A stretch of 64,000 nucleotides of DNA from Candidatus Saccharimonadales bacterium (GCA_036276755.1 DASUOG010000010.1:155-64154); one strand, 5' to 3'. Positions 1 through 8,243 are shown, counted from the stretch's first letter. A program made the numbers and translations. The notes: generated from the letters alone by a model not told the origin.

Positions 1-425
1 AAATCGCCCAAAAAGTCCATGAAGCCGGTACTCCCGGCTGGTGGGCGCAGAGTGTGACGGTTGCTTACGAGCAACATATCGGCCGGCGGGTCCCAGGCCA
101 ACGTCAGGACGGCAAATTCGACGCATCAGCCAGCAAGATGATCGACGGAACGATGGACGAAGCGCTTGATGTCTGGTTGGGCGCGGTGAAAAACAAGAAT
201 GAATTCGATGGCGTAGCAGTCAAGGGAGAGGCAAGAGTAAGCAAAACAGAGAAATGGCGCAACTGGCGCTGTGATTTGGCCGACGGCTCCCGCATAGTAG
301 TAGGGATAAATCAAAAAACACCCGACAAAGCCGGCTTGGGCCTGGCGCAAGAGAAGCTGGAATCAGCCGAGCAGGCTGAGAGCAAACGCGCCTTCTGGAA
401 AGAGTTTTTAACACGCATTCGATGA
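1..425 (+). CDS. hypothetical protein, 5' end outside window
   Basis: Frame 3 is open from base 3 (..IAQKVHEAGTPGWWAQSVTVAYEQHIGRR..). The tracked ORF 54-425 is therefore only the distal part. No family assigned. Confidence 0.5.
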   Translation, partial: IAQKVHEAGTPGWWAQSVTVAYEQHIGRRVPGQRQDGKFDASASKMIDGTMDEALDVWLGAVKNKNEFDGVAVKGEARVSKTEKWRNWRCDLADGSRIVVGINQKTPDKAGLGLAQEKLESAEQAESKRAFWKEFLTRIR

Positions 426-475
426 AGAAACAGTGCGAAGAGTTCTTTGCTTTTTAGAATAATTTATGTTATCAT

Positions 476-1009
476 ATGCAAATGAATAAAACTTTGGGGA
501 TAGCTACGTCCCATCCTGAAGTTTATTTACGCCCGCTTACAATACCCGATGACATAGTCTTGAGCGAAGCACGGAACGGTGACTTGCATCCTTTGCGACT
601 GAATATGCCGGATGTGCCGGATCGGGCTGAACTTACGTGGCGTGACGTGCTTGCTAGAAATCCGGCGATCGCGGTCATGGGAGTTTGGGGCAACGGCGAA
701 CTGGCCGGAGAAGCTTATACGATTCCTACTACAAGACATCCCGGCTGGGTAGAGATCGGCTTTCAAATACTAAGGGATTACCGCCGGCGCGGCTATGCGG
801 CGGCAGCAGCAGGGGCTCTGGCATCTATGGCACATGCTGTGCCGGATACCGAAGTGGTCTGGGCCAAGGCCGCCGAAACGAACATAGCCAGTAGGAAAGT
901 TCTGCAGTCGGCCGGTTTCGAGCATATGGGCAGTGTGAGCGGTCTGGCAGAAACATTTATATTTAAAAGACAGGTTACACAGACCGGCGATTCGGCCTTT
1001 ATGTGGTAA
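476..1009 (+). CDS. GNAT family N-acetyltransferase
   Basis: 177-aa ORF with a GNAT core (..LRDYRRRGYAAAAAGALASMA.. and ..NIASRKVLQSAGFEHMG). TGtTATCAT extended -10 at 467-475 suggests a leaderless start at ATG 476 or 482. Confidence 0.75.
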   Translation: MQMNKTLGIATSHPEVYLRPLTIPDDIVLSEARNGDLHPLRLNMPDVPDRAELTWRDVLARNPAIAVMGVWGNGELAGEAYTIPTTRHPGWVEIGFQILRDYRRRGYAAAAAGALASMAHAVPDTEVVWAKAAETNIASRKVLQSAGFEHMGSVSGLAETFIFKRQVTQTGDSAFMW

Positions 1010-1018
1010 CTAAGTTTT

Positions 1019-2050
1019 ATGAGCACACCACACGTATCACCGGAATTATTACAGGCTCAGACGGCTGCTTTCGTCGCTGAGTATCCCTTGGATGACGGTA
1101 GCGCGCCGACCTTGCCGCAACGACTGGCCGACGTAGCTTTGGGCATAAGCGACAGTGTGGAATTAAACCAGTCGCAAGAGGAAACGATGACCGGATTCTT
1201 AATGAAGGTAGGGTCGGACTATGCGCCGATTGCCCGCCGCGAACGACTGCTCCAGGCTTATGAGCGCTTCGCACCCGTCGTCGATCCGCTGGTTGATGAG
1301 CTTTTCGCGGCCGGCTTGGAAGATTGGGCGGAGCATCCGGCGTATTTGGACGAAGGCTATCGGTGCGCGGTGTTTTCAATCGAGGGTGATGAGCAAGACT
1401 ACGCAGTCAGGGTACCATGGCCGCCCGGCACTCCTGATAAAGACAAGAGGTTTGGCGGAATCGACAAAGAATATGTCCGGGCCGGCATAAGAGCCATGGG
1501 TGTCGCTAACCTCGAGCAGATAACGGCCTTTTCATTCGGCAGTAACGTAGTCATCTCCGAAAAAATGCTCGGCGACAACTTCCTAAACATCGGTCCGGAT
1601 GCGCTGGAACAGGTGACCCAGAACCAAGTAGTGGAATTCGTCGACACGCTGGAGTATGTCCACGTAGCCGGTCTGAGCATCGACCCAAGACTCCCTAACT
1701 TCTTCTATGACCCTGAAAAAGGCTTCGGCTTCATAGACCTGGCAGTCAGAAAATACGCGTTTAATAAGACACGCTCGCCATACGCGCCTACGGAAAAAGA
1801 AGTAATGTCATCGTTCTTGGCTTACGGCGCGCTGATGCTGCATGAAATAGGGCTAAGGCCTATGCACGTACCGGAAGACAAAGATGAGTTTGAGAAAAAC
1901 AAGAGGATGGCCGAGGCTGCGCTCGGGCTCCTTAAGGTGTATAAAAGCATCTGCGATGAGAGGTTTAACGAAGAAATCGTACAATTGACATTGTCTATAC
2001 AAAAGGCCGAGCACGAAGTTGCAGGGTACTCTAAATACGCTCCGGTTTGA
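1019..2050 (+). CDS. hypothetical protein, tandem paralog A (possible protein-kinase-like fold)
   Basis: 343-aa ORF. Shares blocks with ORF 2500-3582: PE-L-AQTAAF, YA(V/L)RVPW, LEQ(I/L), N(F/L)FYD-EKGFG-(I/V)DL. The D-x4-N then IDL pattern resembles a kinase catalytic loop plus metal-binding Asp. Confidence 0.6.
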   Translation: MSTPHVSPELLQAQTAAFVAEYPLDDGSAPTLPQRLADVALGISDSVELNQSQEETMTGFLMKVGSDYAPIARRERLLQAYERFAPVVDPLVDELFAAGLEDWAEHPAYLDEGYRCAVFSIEGDEQDYAVRVPWPPGTPDKDKRFGGIDKEYVRAGIRAMGVANLEQITAFSFGSNVVISEKMLGDNFLNIGPDALEQVTQNQVVEFVDTLEYVHVAGLSIDPRLPNFFYDPEKGFGFIDLAVRKYAFNKTRSPYAPTEKEVMSSFLAYGALMLHEIGLRPMHVPEDKDEFEKNKRMAEAALGLLKVYKSICDERFNEEIVQLTLSIQKAEHEVAGYSKYAPV

Positions 2051-2062
2051 TAAGCAGTAATC

Positions 2063-2338
2063 TTAATTGTCTTCCATGCAATCTTTGATCATCAGGTGAA
2101 GCACGCATTCTTTAACTTCTCTTTCAGCGGGCGTACCTCGCCCGGGGACTCCGTCTACGAATCCGGCCTCAATTCCGCTGAGTCCACTGAGTCTTAGAGT
2201 TGCGGCAGCCATACCGTTGGCCTGTCCGACCAGCGTATCTATCCTGTGAGTGATAACGGGCGGTAAGGCGGAACCGGTGCCCGGTTCAAGCTCCCCTCGG
2301 GGAGTCCCAAAATCGCCGCCTGGAACTATATTGCCCAT
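2063..2338 (-). CDS. hypothetical small protein (weak call)
   Basis: 91-aa ORF filling the gap between the two paralogs on the opposite strand. No recognisable motif. Confidence 0.25.
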   Translation of the reverse strand: MGNIVPGGDFGTPRGELEPGTGSALPPVITHRIDTLVGQANGMAAATLRLSGLSGIEAGFVDGVPGRGTPAEREVKECVLHLMIKDCMEDN

Positions 2339-2499
2339 ATGCTTGGTTATATAGTTATATTCCGGTTAAGTCAAGGCCGTTTGTTTCTTAACGAAATAGA
2401 TATAAAATTATAAGAAGCAGGCTTAGCAGGAGATACAAACATTGATTTTTAATCTGTTTTATGGTAAAATAGCTATTTGTAAGTTGATGTATTTGGAAA

Positions 2500-3582
2500 A
2501 TGCCTGATATAAGACCGAAAACCCCGGAAACTTTGCATGCCCAGACAGCGGCCTTTTTAGCCGCGGATGGCCGGCGTGATGACGGACAGTATTTTTTGCT
2601 TACAGCCACGTCCGCTGATGCGGCACCGTTGACCGCTTTTGCCAGCCCGATAAGCGAACGGGCCGCGGCCCTGATGCAGGTAGAAGTGGAATATTTGGAT
2701 TTTCTCAAAGAGAGTGCCGGAAAAGTTCCGGACAGTCCGGTGGAGCAGAGGCGGCAACTGGCCGAAAATTATGAACAGTTCGCACCGGCCGTAGACGCAC
2801 TGCTGGAAGAAATCGGCTCCCAGGATAAGAGCGCACGCCAAAAGCACCCGGCGTTCGTAGGCGGCGGCGCGTTCTGCGGTGCATTTGAAATCGAACACGG
2901 AGACAAACAATATGCACTGAGAGTCCCTTGGGCCCATCGCTTTAACCATGTATCCATAGACGAGGATTATATACAGGCCGGCATCAAGGCCAGGGGCCAA
3001 CCGCAGCTTGAGCAGTTGGTCGCCATATCTTATGAGCAGGGTGTTACGGTTGCCGAAATCATGCCCGGTAAACCTATCGAGAGCGTTTCGGTCGACGATC
3101 TGGCAGAGGTAACCGATGAGCAGCTGGAAGAGCTGAACCGTACGCTGATGTTTCTAAGGGATGCCGGACTGGAGCCGGAACTCACTACGCTAAACCTTTT
3201 TTATGACCGGGAAAAGGGGTTCGGCATCGTCGATTTGGAAGAAACCGACAAGCAAGCAGAACCGGTGACGGCAGGAGACCTGATAAACGATGCGGCCATC
3301 GCCATGCATGCGGTGGTCGGCAATTCATATGACGAGCGGATGACTCCGAAACGTAGGGCAAATAAACTTAAATTCTATAGCGTAGTCGAACCGATAATCG
3401 AGAGATACCGGGCAGTTAGTTCACGGATGTTTTCCGGCGATGAAGGAAAAGAGATCGATAAGATGTTCGAAATTAAACTGAACAATATAAAAAGCAGGAT
3501 AGGGGAGCTTCGTGCCGGGTACAAAATTCCCGGCCAGATAGAGTCCGACATTTATGACACCGAGGAAAGGCTAGCCGCCTGA
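2500..3582 (+). CDS. hypothetical protein, tandem paralog B (possible degenerate kinase-like fold)
   Basis: 360-aa ORF homologous to 1019-2050. The position aligned with the putative catalytic Asp of paralog A is Glu (LEPELTTLNLFYD). TGgTAAAAT extended -10 lies about 30 nt upstream. Confidence 0.6.
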   Translation: MPDIRPKTPETLHAQTAAFLAADGRRDDGQYFLLTATSADAAPLTAFASPISERAAALMQVEVEYLDFLKESAGKVPDSPVEQRRQLAENYEQFAPAVDALLEEIGSQDKSARQKHPAFVGGGAFCGAFEIEHGDKQYALRVPWAHRFNHVSIDEDYIQAGIKARGQPQLEQLVAISYEQGVTVAEIMPGKPIESVSVDDLAEVTDEQLEELNRTLMFLRDAGLEPELTTLNLFYDREKGFGIVDLEETDKQAEPVTAGDLINDAAIAMHAVVGNSYDERMTPKRRANKLKFYSVVEPIIERYRAVSSRMFSGDEGKEIDKMFEIKLNNIKSRIGELRAGYKIPGQIESDIYDTEERLAA

Positions 3583-3593
3583 ACCACGGTAAT

Positions 3594-3630
3594 CCTTATG
3601 CTTGCATTATATAAACTTTATGTTTAAACT
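3594..3630 (+). promoter_or_regulatory. sigma70-type promoter carrying shared motif CCTTATGCTTGCAT
   Basis: TTGCAT at 3602-3607, 17-bp spacer, TAAACT at 3625-3630. The same 12-mer CTTATGCTTGCA recurs at 4274 and 5071. Confidence 0.6.
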
Positions 3631-3637
3631 CTCCAAA

Positions 3638-4270
3638 ATGACTACTGCAGAAGCAAGATTGGACTCTATGGAAGCGATGCGCGCGTATCGTCCGATAAGG
3701 AATTATGACTGGATAAGCGATATAAGGCATGCGGCGTACCATAGGTTAGGAGCGGGAGCCTTGAACTTTCGCGATGAATCATTAGGTCCAAGGCGCATAA
3801 AACTTTTGGGTACGGGAGAATTGGTCAGGGTAAACGGCCCGGAGAATTTATTGGGGCATCTTTCGTCCGCCCGATTAGTGGAATTAGCCGGAAAGAGAAT
3901 GATCCACACTTTCGCCAAAAGACTTCGTCCCGAACCGACAGGGCAGCTAAAGGTGATCAAATGCAATGAAGAGGAAGGTTTGCAGCAGGTGCTGGTGGCT
4001 GACATAAGGCACAGAAGAGTGTTACCTGCCGAAAGATCCGTATTGGAACAAGTGGTCGAAGAAGAAGCGGGCCGCGAGCTGTCATGGCCGGTCAAGCCTC
4101 GCTTTAGCATCAAGCTGGCCACCGTAGCGGACGGAGTTGATTTAGGCGGGGATGACCTTGACGTTTTGGCGCGGTATTTACCCAACGACATCGACGCAAG
4201 AGGAGGCCAAATAGAACCGGTTACCTTAGAATTGCGTGGCCCGGCAAGAACGGTATCCGAGGCCTTGTAA
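3638..4270 (+). CDS. hypothetical protein
   Basis: The tracked ORF starts at TTG 3602, which overlaps the predicted -35. The first ATG downstream of the -10 is 3638 (MTTAEARLDS..). No family recognised. Confidence 0.55.
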   Translation: MTTAEARLDSMEAMRAYRPIRNYDWISDIRHAAYHRLGAGALNFRDESLGPRRIKLLGTGELVRVNGPENLLGHLSSARLVELAGKRMIHTFAKRLRPEPTGQLKVIKCNEEEGLQQVLVADIRHRRVLPAERSVLEQVVEEEAGRELSWPVKPRFSIKLATVADGVDLGGDDLDVLARYLPNDIDARGGQIEPVTLELRGPARTVSEAL

Positions 4271-4272
4271 CC

Positions 4273-4309
4273 CCTTATGCTTGCATATGGTGATGTGAAC
4301 ATGGATAAT
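4273..4309 (+). promoter_or_regulatory. sigma70-type promoter carrying shared motif CCTTATGCTTGCAT
   Basis: TTGCAT at 4281-4286, 17-bp spacer, GATAAT at 4304-4309, followed by SD AAGGAGAGG and ATG 4333. Confidence 0.65.
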
Positions 4310-4332
4310 TACTCCTTACATAAGGAGAGGAA

Positions 4333-4689
4333 ATGACCAGACCGAAGAGAGGACTGACGAATTATTTATTCGCGACTTCTAAGGAGAGGGCGCGGGCTAT
4401 TGAGACTGTAGCTGCCGAATATCCTGATGAGAGGATAAAAGCTACCGTGACCCCGATTACCAAGGGCACTGCACGAGGTGATGCGGCAAGGGCGATCAGG
4501 ATTACCGACGCCGAAGCTGATTCGATTAGCGACGAACAAAGAGATGCGGTAATCGCCAGGTTCGAGGATCTGGGGGCGGCCGGCACGCATTCCATGGTAG
4601 AGCTGGACGTTCCCGGTGGCGGACGCAGATTCGGTTTTAAAAAATTCTACGCGCAAGTCGAAGAACAGTTACCGCCGCGCGAGCCTTGA
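4333..4689 (+). CDS. hypothetical protein
   Basis: 118-aa ORF with a strong SD (AAGGAGAGG) 5 nt upstream. No family recognised. Confidence 0.55.
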   Translation: MTRPKRGLTNYLFATSKERARAIETVAAEYPDERIKATVTPITKGTARGDAARAIRITDAEADSISDEQRDAVIARFEDLGAAGTHSMVELDVPGGGRRFGFKKFYAQVEEQLPPREP

Positions 4690-4719
4690 ATTATACGGGA
4701 CGGTGGATAGAATAGAAGA

Positions 4720-5016
4720 ATGCTAGCTTATTTCGTATCGGGCCTGCTCGTCGGGCTGGCCATCGGGATTTCGATAAACAACAGACAGCCCGCCCAGAAA
4801 ACCAAGAATTCACCGGCCGATAGGGTGCCGGATGCGGCGGATACCAAAAAGATAATCGGAATTTTTCAGAAAGAAGACAAGATCAGCAATAACGACGTCG
4901 AAAAACTGCTCAAAATATCGGATGCTACAGCCAGCCGCTATCTGAGCCGGTTGGAAAAACGCGGTTTACTCCAACAACACGGCAGGGGCCGCGGCACGTT
5001 CTATACCAAAATTTAG
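4720..5016 (+). CDS. membrane-anchored winged-helix DNA-binding protein
   Basis: 98 aa. N-terminal hydrophobic helix (LAYFVSGLLVGLAIGISI) followed by an HTH-like segment (NNDVEKLLKISDATASRYLSRLEKRGLLQQHGRGRGTFY). Confidence 0.55.
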   Translation: MLAYFVSGLLVGLAIGISINNRQPAQKTKNSPADRVPDAADTKKIIGIFQKEDKISNNDVEKLLKISDATASRYLSRLEKRGLLQQHGRGRGTFYTKI

Positions 5017-5040
5017 AAAATTGCATCCAGACGGTTAAAA

Positions 5041-5070
5041 AACGCCTCAATTTCAAACTGAGGCGTTTTG
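5041..5070 (+). terminator. intrinsic terminator, member of repeated palindrome family
   Basis: AACGCCTCA-ATTTCAAAC-TGAGGCGTT followed by TTG. An A-run upstream makes it potentially bidirectional. Related copies lie at 7363 and 17585. Confidence 0.65.
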
Positions 5071-5106
5071 CTTATGCTTGCAAAAGATGTTCTTATATTA
5101 GATAAT
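5071..5106 (+). promoter_or_regulatory. sigma70-type promoter carrying shared motif CTTATGCTTGCA
   Basis: TTGCAA at 5078-5083, 17-bp spacer, GATAAT at 5101-5106, then SD AAGGAA and ATG 5134. Confidence 0.65.
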
Positions 5107-5133
5107 GCTTGTCAAAGCAAAGGAACGGTAGTA

Positions 5134-5592
5134 ATGCTTACAAAAGTAAGCGGGTTCGAAGGAACGGACCCGAAGGAAATTTTCGGCGAACGAGGTGGGA
5201 TCCAATACGAGGCTTTCATAGACGGTCTGGCCGGTCAGGGCATGCCGGGCAGCAAACTGATCCGGCATGTTGATAGCCAGCCGATACTCAGATCGCAATA
5301 CCAGCTGATAATGGCAAAGGCTCCGGAAGATGAGTTTGAAATAAGGGGATACTTGTTACACTTGCCGGCGATGGGTACTATGCTGCGCGACGGAGAACAG
5401 CCACACATCGTGATATGCGAGGACAAAAAACTGCGCGCCTGGACTCCACCGGACATCATTGAGAACCTGCCGGTTACCGAAGAAGGCCATCCGGCCATAC
5501 CGGTGCTTGGCGGATATGTGACCCTACGAGCCGATATGCAGGGCCCGGAACTTATCCGTTATGCGGACGAAGAGTCTGTCGGACAGGCTTGA
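5134..5592 (+). CDS. hypothetical protein
   Basis: The tracked ORF 5068-5592 starts inside the promoter. ATG 5134 (MLTKVSGFEG..) follows the -10 and an AAGGAA SD. Confidence 0.5.
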   Translation: MLTKVSGFEGTDPKEIFGERGGIQYEAFIDGLAGQGMPGSKLIRHVDSQPILRSQYQLIMAKAPEDEFEIRGYLLHLPAMGTMLRDGEQPHIVICEDKKLRAWTPPDIIENLPVTEEGHPAIPVLGGYVTLRADMQGPELIRYADEESVGQA

Positions 5593-5671
5593 TAAATACA
5601 GTTTATCGGCAGGTTCTTGTTCGTAATGATCGCGTGAAAGACATTTAATTTATAAATGTTAGAATGTAGGT

Positions 5672-6811
5672 ATGGCAAAACGCGGGAAGATTGCCATAAC
5701 GGTTCTGACTATCTTAGTTTTACTGGTAGCCGGTGCATATTTTGCCCGCGATTATATAGAAAGACAATTTTTTAAACCAACCGGATCGAATATCGAAAAC
5801 GGCGTTTCGGTCGCGCCCGGACAAGACATAAAGGTCATCGCCCGTGACCTGACGGTACCCTGGGGACTGGCATTTTTACCGGACGGTACCTTGTTGGTAA
5901 CCGAACGTTCGGGTACTTTGAGGCGTGTCGACGACGACCGCACTTACGAGATAGAAGGCGTGCGGCATATCGGCGAGGGCGGTTTGCTCGGGCTGGCCAT
6001 ACACCCGCGGTTCGACGAAAACCACTGGATTTATCTTTACTTGACTACCGAAGTAGGCGGCAGGCTGGATAACCGCGTGGAACGTTACGAATATGTCGAT
6101 GGAAGTTTGGCTCATCGTACGGTGATAATCAAGAATATCCCGGGTGCTGCGAACCATGACGGCGGTCGGCTGGCTTTCGGACCGGACGGCTACCTGTACA
6201 TCACCACCGGTGATGCCGGAGATGAGAGCTTGGCCCAGGACAGAAGCTCGCTAGCCGGCAAGATTTTGCGGATCACCGATAAGGGTGAAATACCGGATGA
6301 TAATCCTTCGGGCAACGCCGTTTACAGTTACGGCCACCGCAACCCGCAAGGGCTGGCCTGGGACAGTCAGGGCCGGCTGTGGTCTACCGAGCATGGACGT
6401 TCCGGAATCCGGAGTGGTCATGACGAATTGAATCTTATAAAGAAGGACGGGAATTACGGCTGGCCACTGATAGAGGGAGACGAAGTGCGCAGTGGCATGA
6501 TGACTCCAGTGGCCCATTCCGGCTCGGATGAGACTTGGGCGCCGGCAAGTTTGGCGTATCGGAGCGGTTCGCTGTTCTTCGGCGGTCTGCGTGGCGAAAC
6601 GCTTTATCAGGCAGTCATAGCCGGCGAAGAGCAAGTAAGCCTAAAGGCTCATTTAAGAGGAGAATACGGCCGGATCCGTACCGTTGTCTTCGGGCCGGAC
6701 GGCATGATGTATATCACGACTTCGAATACCGACGGCAGGGGAGATCCAAAAGAAGGCGATGACAAAATAATAAGGATAAATCCGGACATATTCGGTATGA
6801 AGGGAGATTAG
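5672..6811 (+). CDS. PQQ-dependent sugar dehydrogenase (soluble glucose/sorbosone dehydrogenase family)
   Basis: 379 aa. N-terminal membrane anchor, then beta-propeller family signatures (..PWGLAFLPDGTLLVTERSGTLRRV.., GLLGLAIHP, HDGGRLAFGPDGYLYITTGD, YGHRNPQGLAWD). Confidence 0.8.
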   Translation: MAKRGKIAITVLTILVLLVAGAYFARDYIERQFFKPTGSNIENGVSVAPGQDIKVIARDLTVPWGLAFLPDGTLLVTERSGTLRRVDDDRTYEIEGVRHIGEGGLLGLAIHPRFDENHWIYLYLTTEVGGRLDNRVERYEYVDGSLAHRTVIIKNIPGAANHDGGRLAFGPDGYLYITTGDAGDESLAQDRSSLAGKILRITDKGEIPDDNPSGNAVYSYGHRNPQGLAWDSQGRLWSTEHGRSGIRSGHDELNLIKKDGNYGWPLIEGDEVRSGMMTPVAHSGSDETWAPASLAYRSGSLFFGGLRGETLYQAVIAGEEQVSLKAHLRGEYGRIRTVVFGPDGMMYITTSNTDGRGDPKEGDDKIIRINPDIFGMKGD

Positions 6812-6812
6812 G

Positions 6813-7085
6813 ATGCCGGAAATAAAGATAACCGAAGCCAAGGGCAGACCAGCCGATCATGCGTTCGATGTCGAGCTGGCCGGGTATAAATACAAAGTGA
6901 GCTTTACCGACGAGTATTACAAAAAGCTGACCGGCGGCAAATTTACACCGGAAAAACTGGTCAAAAAATCATTTGATTTCCTGCTGGAGCGGGAAGGGCC
7001 GGAATCGATACTGCGCGAGTTTGACCTGTCGATAATCGGAGTTTACTTCCCGGAATATGAAGAAGAGATAATCCAGGGTCTTTAG
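6813..7085 (+). CDS. hypothetical protein
   Basis: 90-aa ORF starting 1 nt after the upstream stop (coupled). No family recognised. Confidence 0.5.
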   Translation: MPEIKITEAKGRPADHAFDVELAGYKYKVSFTDEYYKKLTGGKFTPEKLVKKSFDFLLEREGPESILREFDLSIIGVYFPEYEEEIIQGL

Positions 7086-7125
7086 TAAATAACCAAACTG
7101 TGTTCTTCCAATGAAGAACCAAATT

Positions 7126-7151
7126 GCTACTTTTGGCGATCCAAAAGTAGC
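7126..7151. repeat. perfect 11-bp inverted repeat
   Basis: GCTACTTTTGG-CGAT-CCAAAAGTAGC. A second hairpin GTTCTTC-CAAT-GAAGAAC lies at 7102-7119. Confidence 0.6.
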
Positions 7152-7160
7152 CAAAAACTC

Positions 7161-7341
7161 CCGGGCTGTTCACTGTCTTTACTGTCTCATCGTCAAAGAT
7201 AACAATGGCTTGGAAAACTCTCCGCCAGTTGGCGGATTCGGCCTCGCTCTTTATTAACTTTAAATGATATCGCTCGGCTCGCTTCCAAGCCTTATTATTG
7301 TTGTTTTGACGTTCGCCAATCAGGACAGCTCACAATGCCCG
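7161..7341 (+). other. long imperfect hairpin (~180 nt), candidate structured RNA or palindromic element
   Basis: Nested complementary blocks: CCGGGC/GCCCGG (7161/7336), CGTCAAA/TTTGACG, GGCTTGGAA/TTCCAAGCC (7208/7283). Apical hairpin TCCGCCA-GT-TGGCGGA. No convincing ORF. Confidence 0.3.
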
Positions 7342-7362
7342 GACCCGAATAGATGTATATAG

Positions 7363-7396
7363 AATCGCCTCAATTTCAAATTGAGGCGATTTTCTT
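7363..7396 (+). terminator. intrinsic terminator, member of repeated palindrome family
   Basis: AATCGCCTCAATTT-C-AAATTGAGGCGATT (14-bp arms) followed by TTTCTT. Confidence 0.65.
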
Positions 7397-7480
7397 CCAG
7401 CAGTTGAGAACTAATCTCAACCCCCTTTGTAAAACTGATTATCCTTGAGTAACGTTTTACAACTTGGGGCGGCTCTTTTT

Positions 7481-7514
7481 GCATACTTTTTCCAGCTGGT
7501 GGGAAAAAGTATGC
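7481..7514. repeat. perfect 13-bp inverted repeat
   Basis: GCATACTTTTTCC-AGCTGGTG-GGAAAAAGTATGC. The arms resemble those of the 7126 hairpin (GC-TACTTTT). Confidence 0.6.
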
Positions 7515-7615
7515 CGGGGTAGGGCTTAGAATAAGCGCACCGAACTCGATTCTTTGTTAAAAGAAGTCTCAGCTAGCTGAAAACTAGCGTTGAAACAAAT
7601 TGTTATAATTCAAAG

Positions 7616-8152
7616 ATGACTGATGATAGGCCAAAGCCGCCTTATACGCTGATACATGTCGACGAACATCTGATACTTAAACGGCTGGATATCGATGAGG
7701 CCGGGGAATTATTCGAGCTAACGATGAAAAACAAAAAATATCTTGACCCATGGATGCCGTGGATGAAGGACAATCGCACCGTGGATGATTCCACAAGGTT
7801 CATTCGCGACGTGCTGGACAAATGGGGCAAGGATCATCGGTATGGTTATGGCATGTTTTATGACGGCAAGTTGGCCGGACATATGAGCTTGATGAACCTG
7901 GACATCGAAGATTATCCGGAAATAGGATATTGGCTGGATCACGCATTGAACGGCCGGGGGTTGACTACGAAAGCAGTGAAAAGGTTGACTGAGTTCGGAC
8001 TCGATACCTTGGGCCTTGAGAAGATACTCATCAAATGCAAGCCTGAAAACATTGCCAGCAACCGCGTGGCCGAAAAATGCGGTTATAAGCTGGAAGCAAC
8101 ACGTGATTACCCCGGACGGGGGATGATGAAGGTCTGGGCGATCGAGCAATAA
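7616..8152 (+). CDS. GNAT family N-acetyltransferase (RimJ/RimL-like)
   Basis: 178 aa with ..GYWLDHALNGRGLTTKAVKRLTEFG.. and ..NIASNRVAEKCGYKLE... TGtTATAAT at 7601-7609 lies 6 nt before the ATG, suggesting a leaderless start. Confidence 0.8.
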   Translation: MTDDRPKPPYTLIHVDEHLILKRLDIDEAGELFELTMKNKKYLDPWMPWMKDNRTVDDSTRFIRDVLDKWGKDHRYGYGMFYDGKLAGHMSLMNLDIEDYPEIGYWLDHALNGRGLTTKAVKRLTEFGLDTLGLEKILIKCKPENIASNRVAEKCGYKLEATRDYPGRGMMKVWAIEQ

Positions 8153-8243
8153 CCAAAGCATAAAATATATTAGTCAAAAAACATAAAAAGTGTTAAAATT
8201 AACACTTGTGAGACAGGAACAATTAAAGTCCAAGGGTGAGGTA

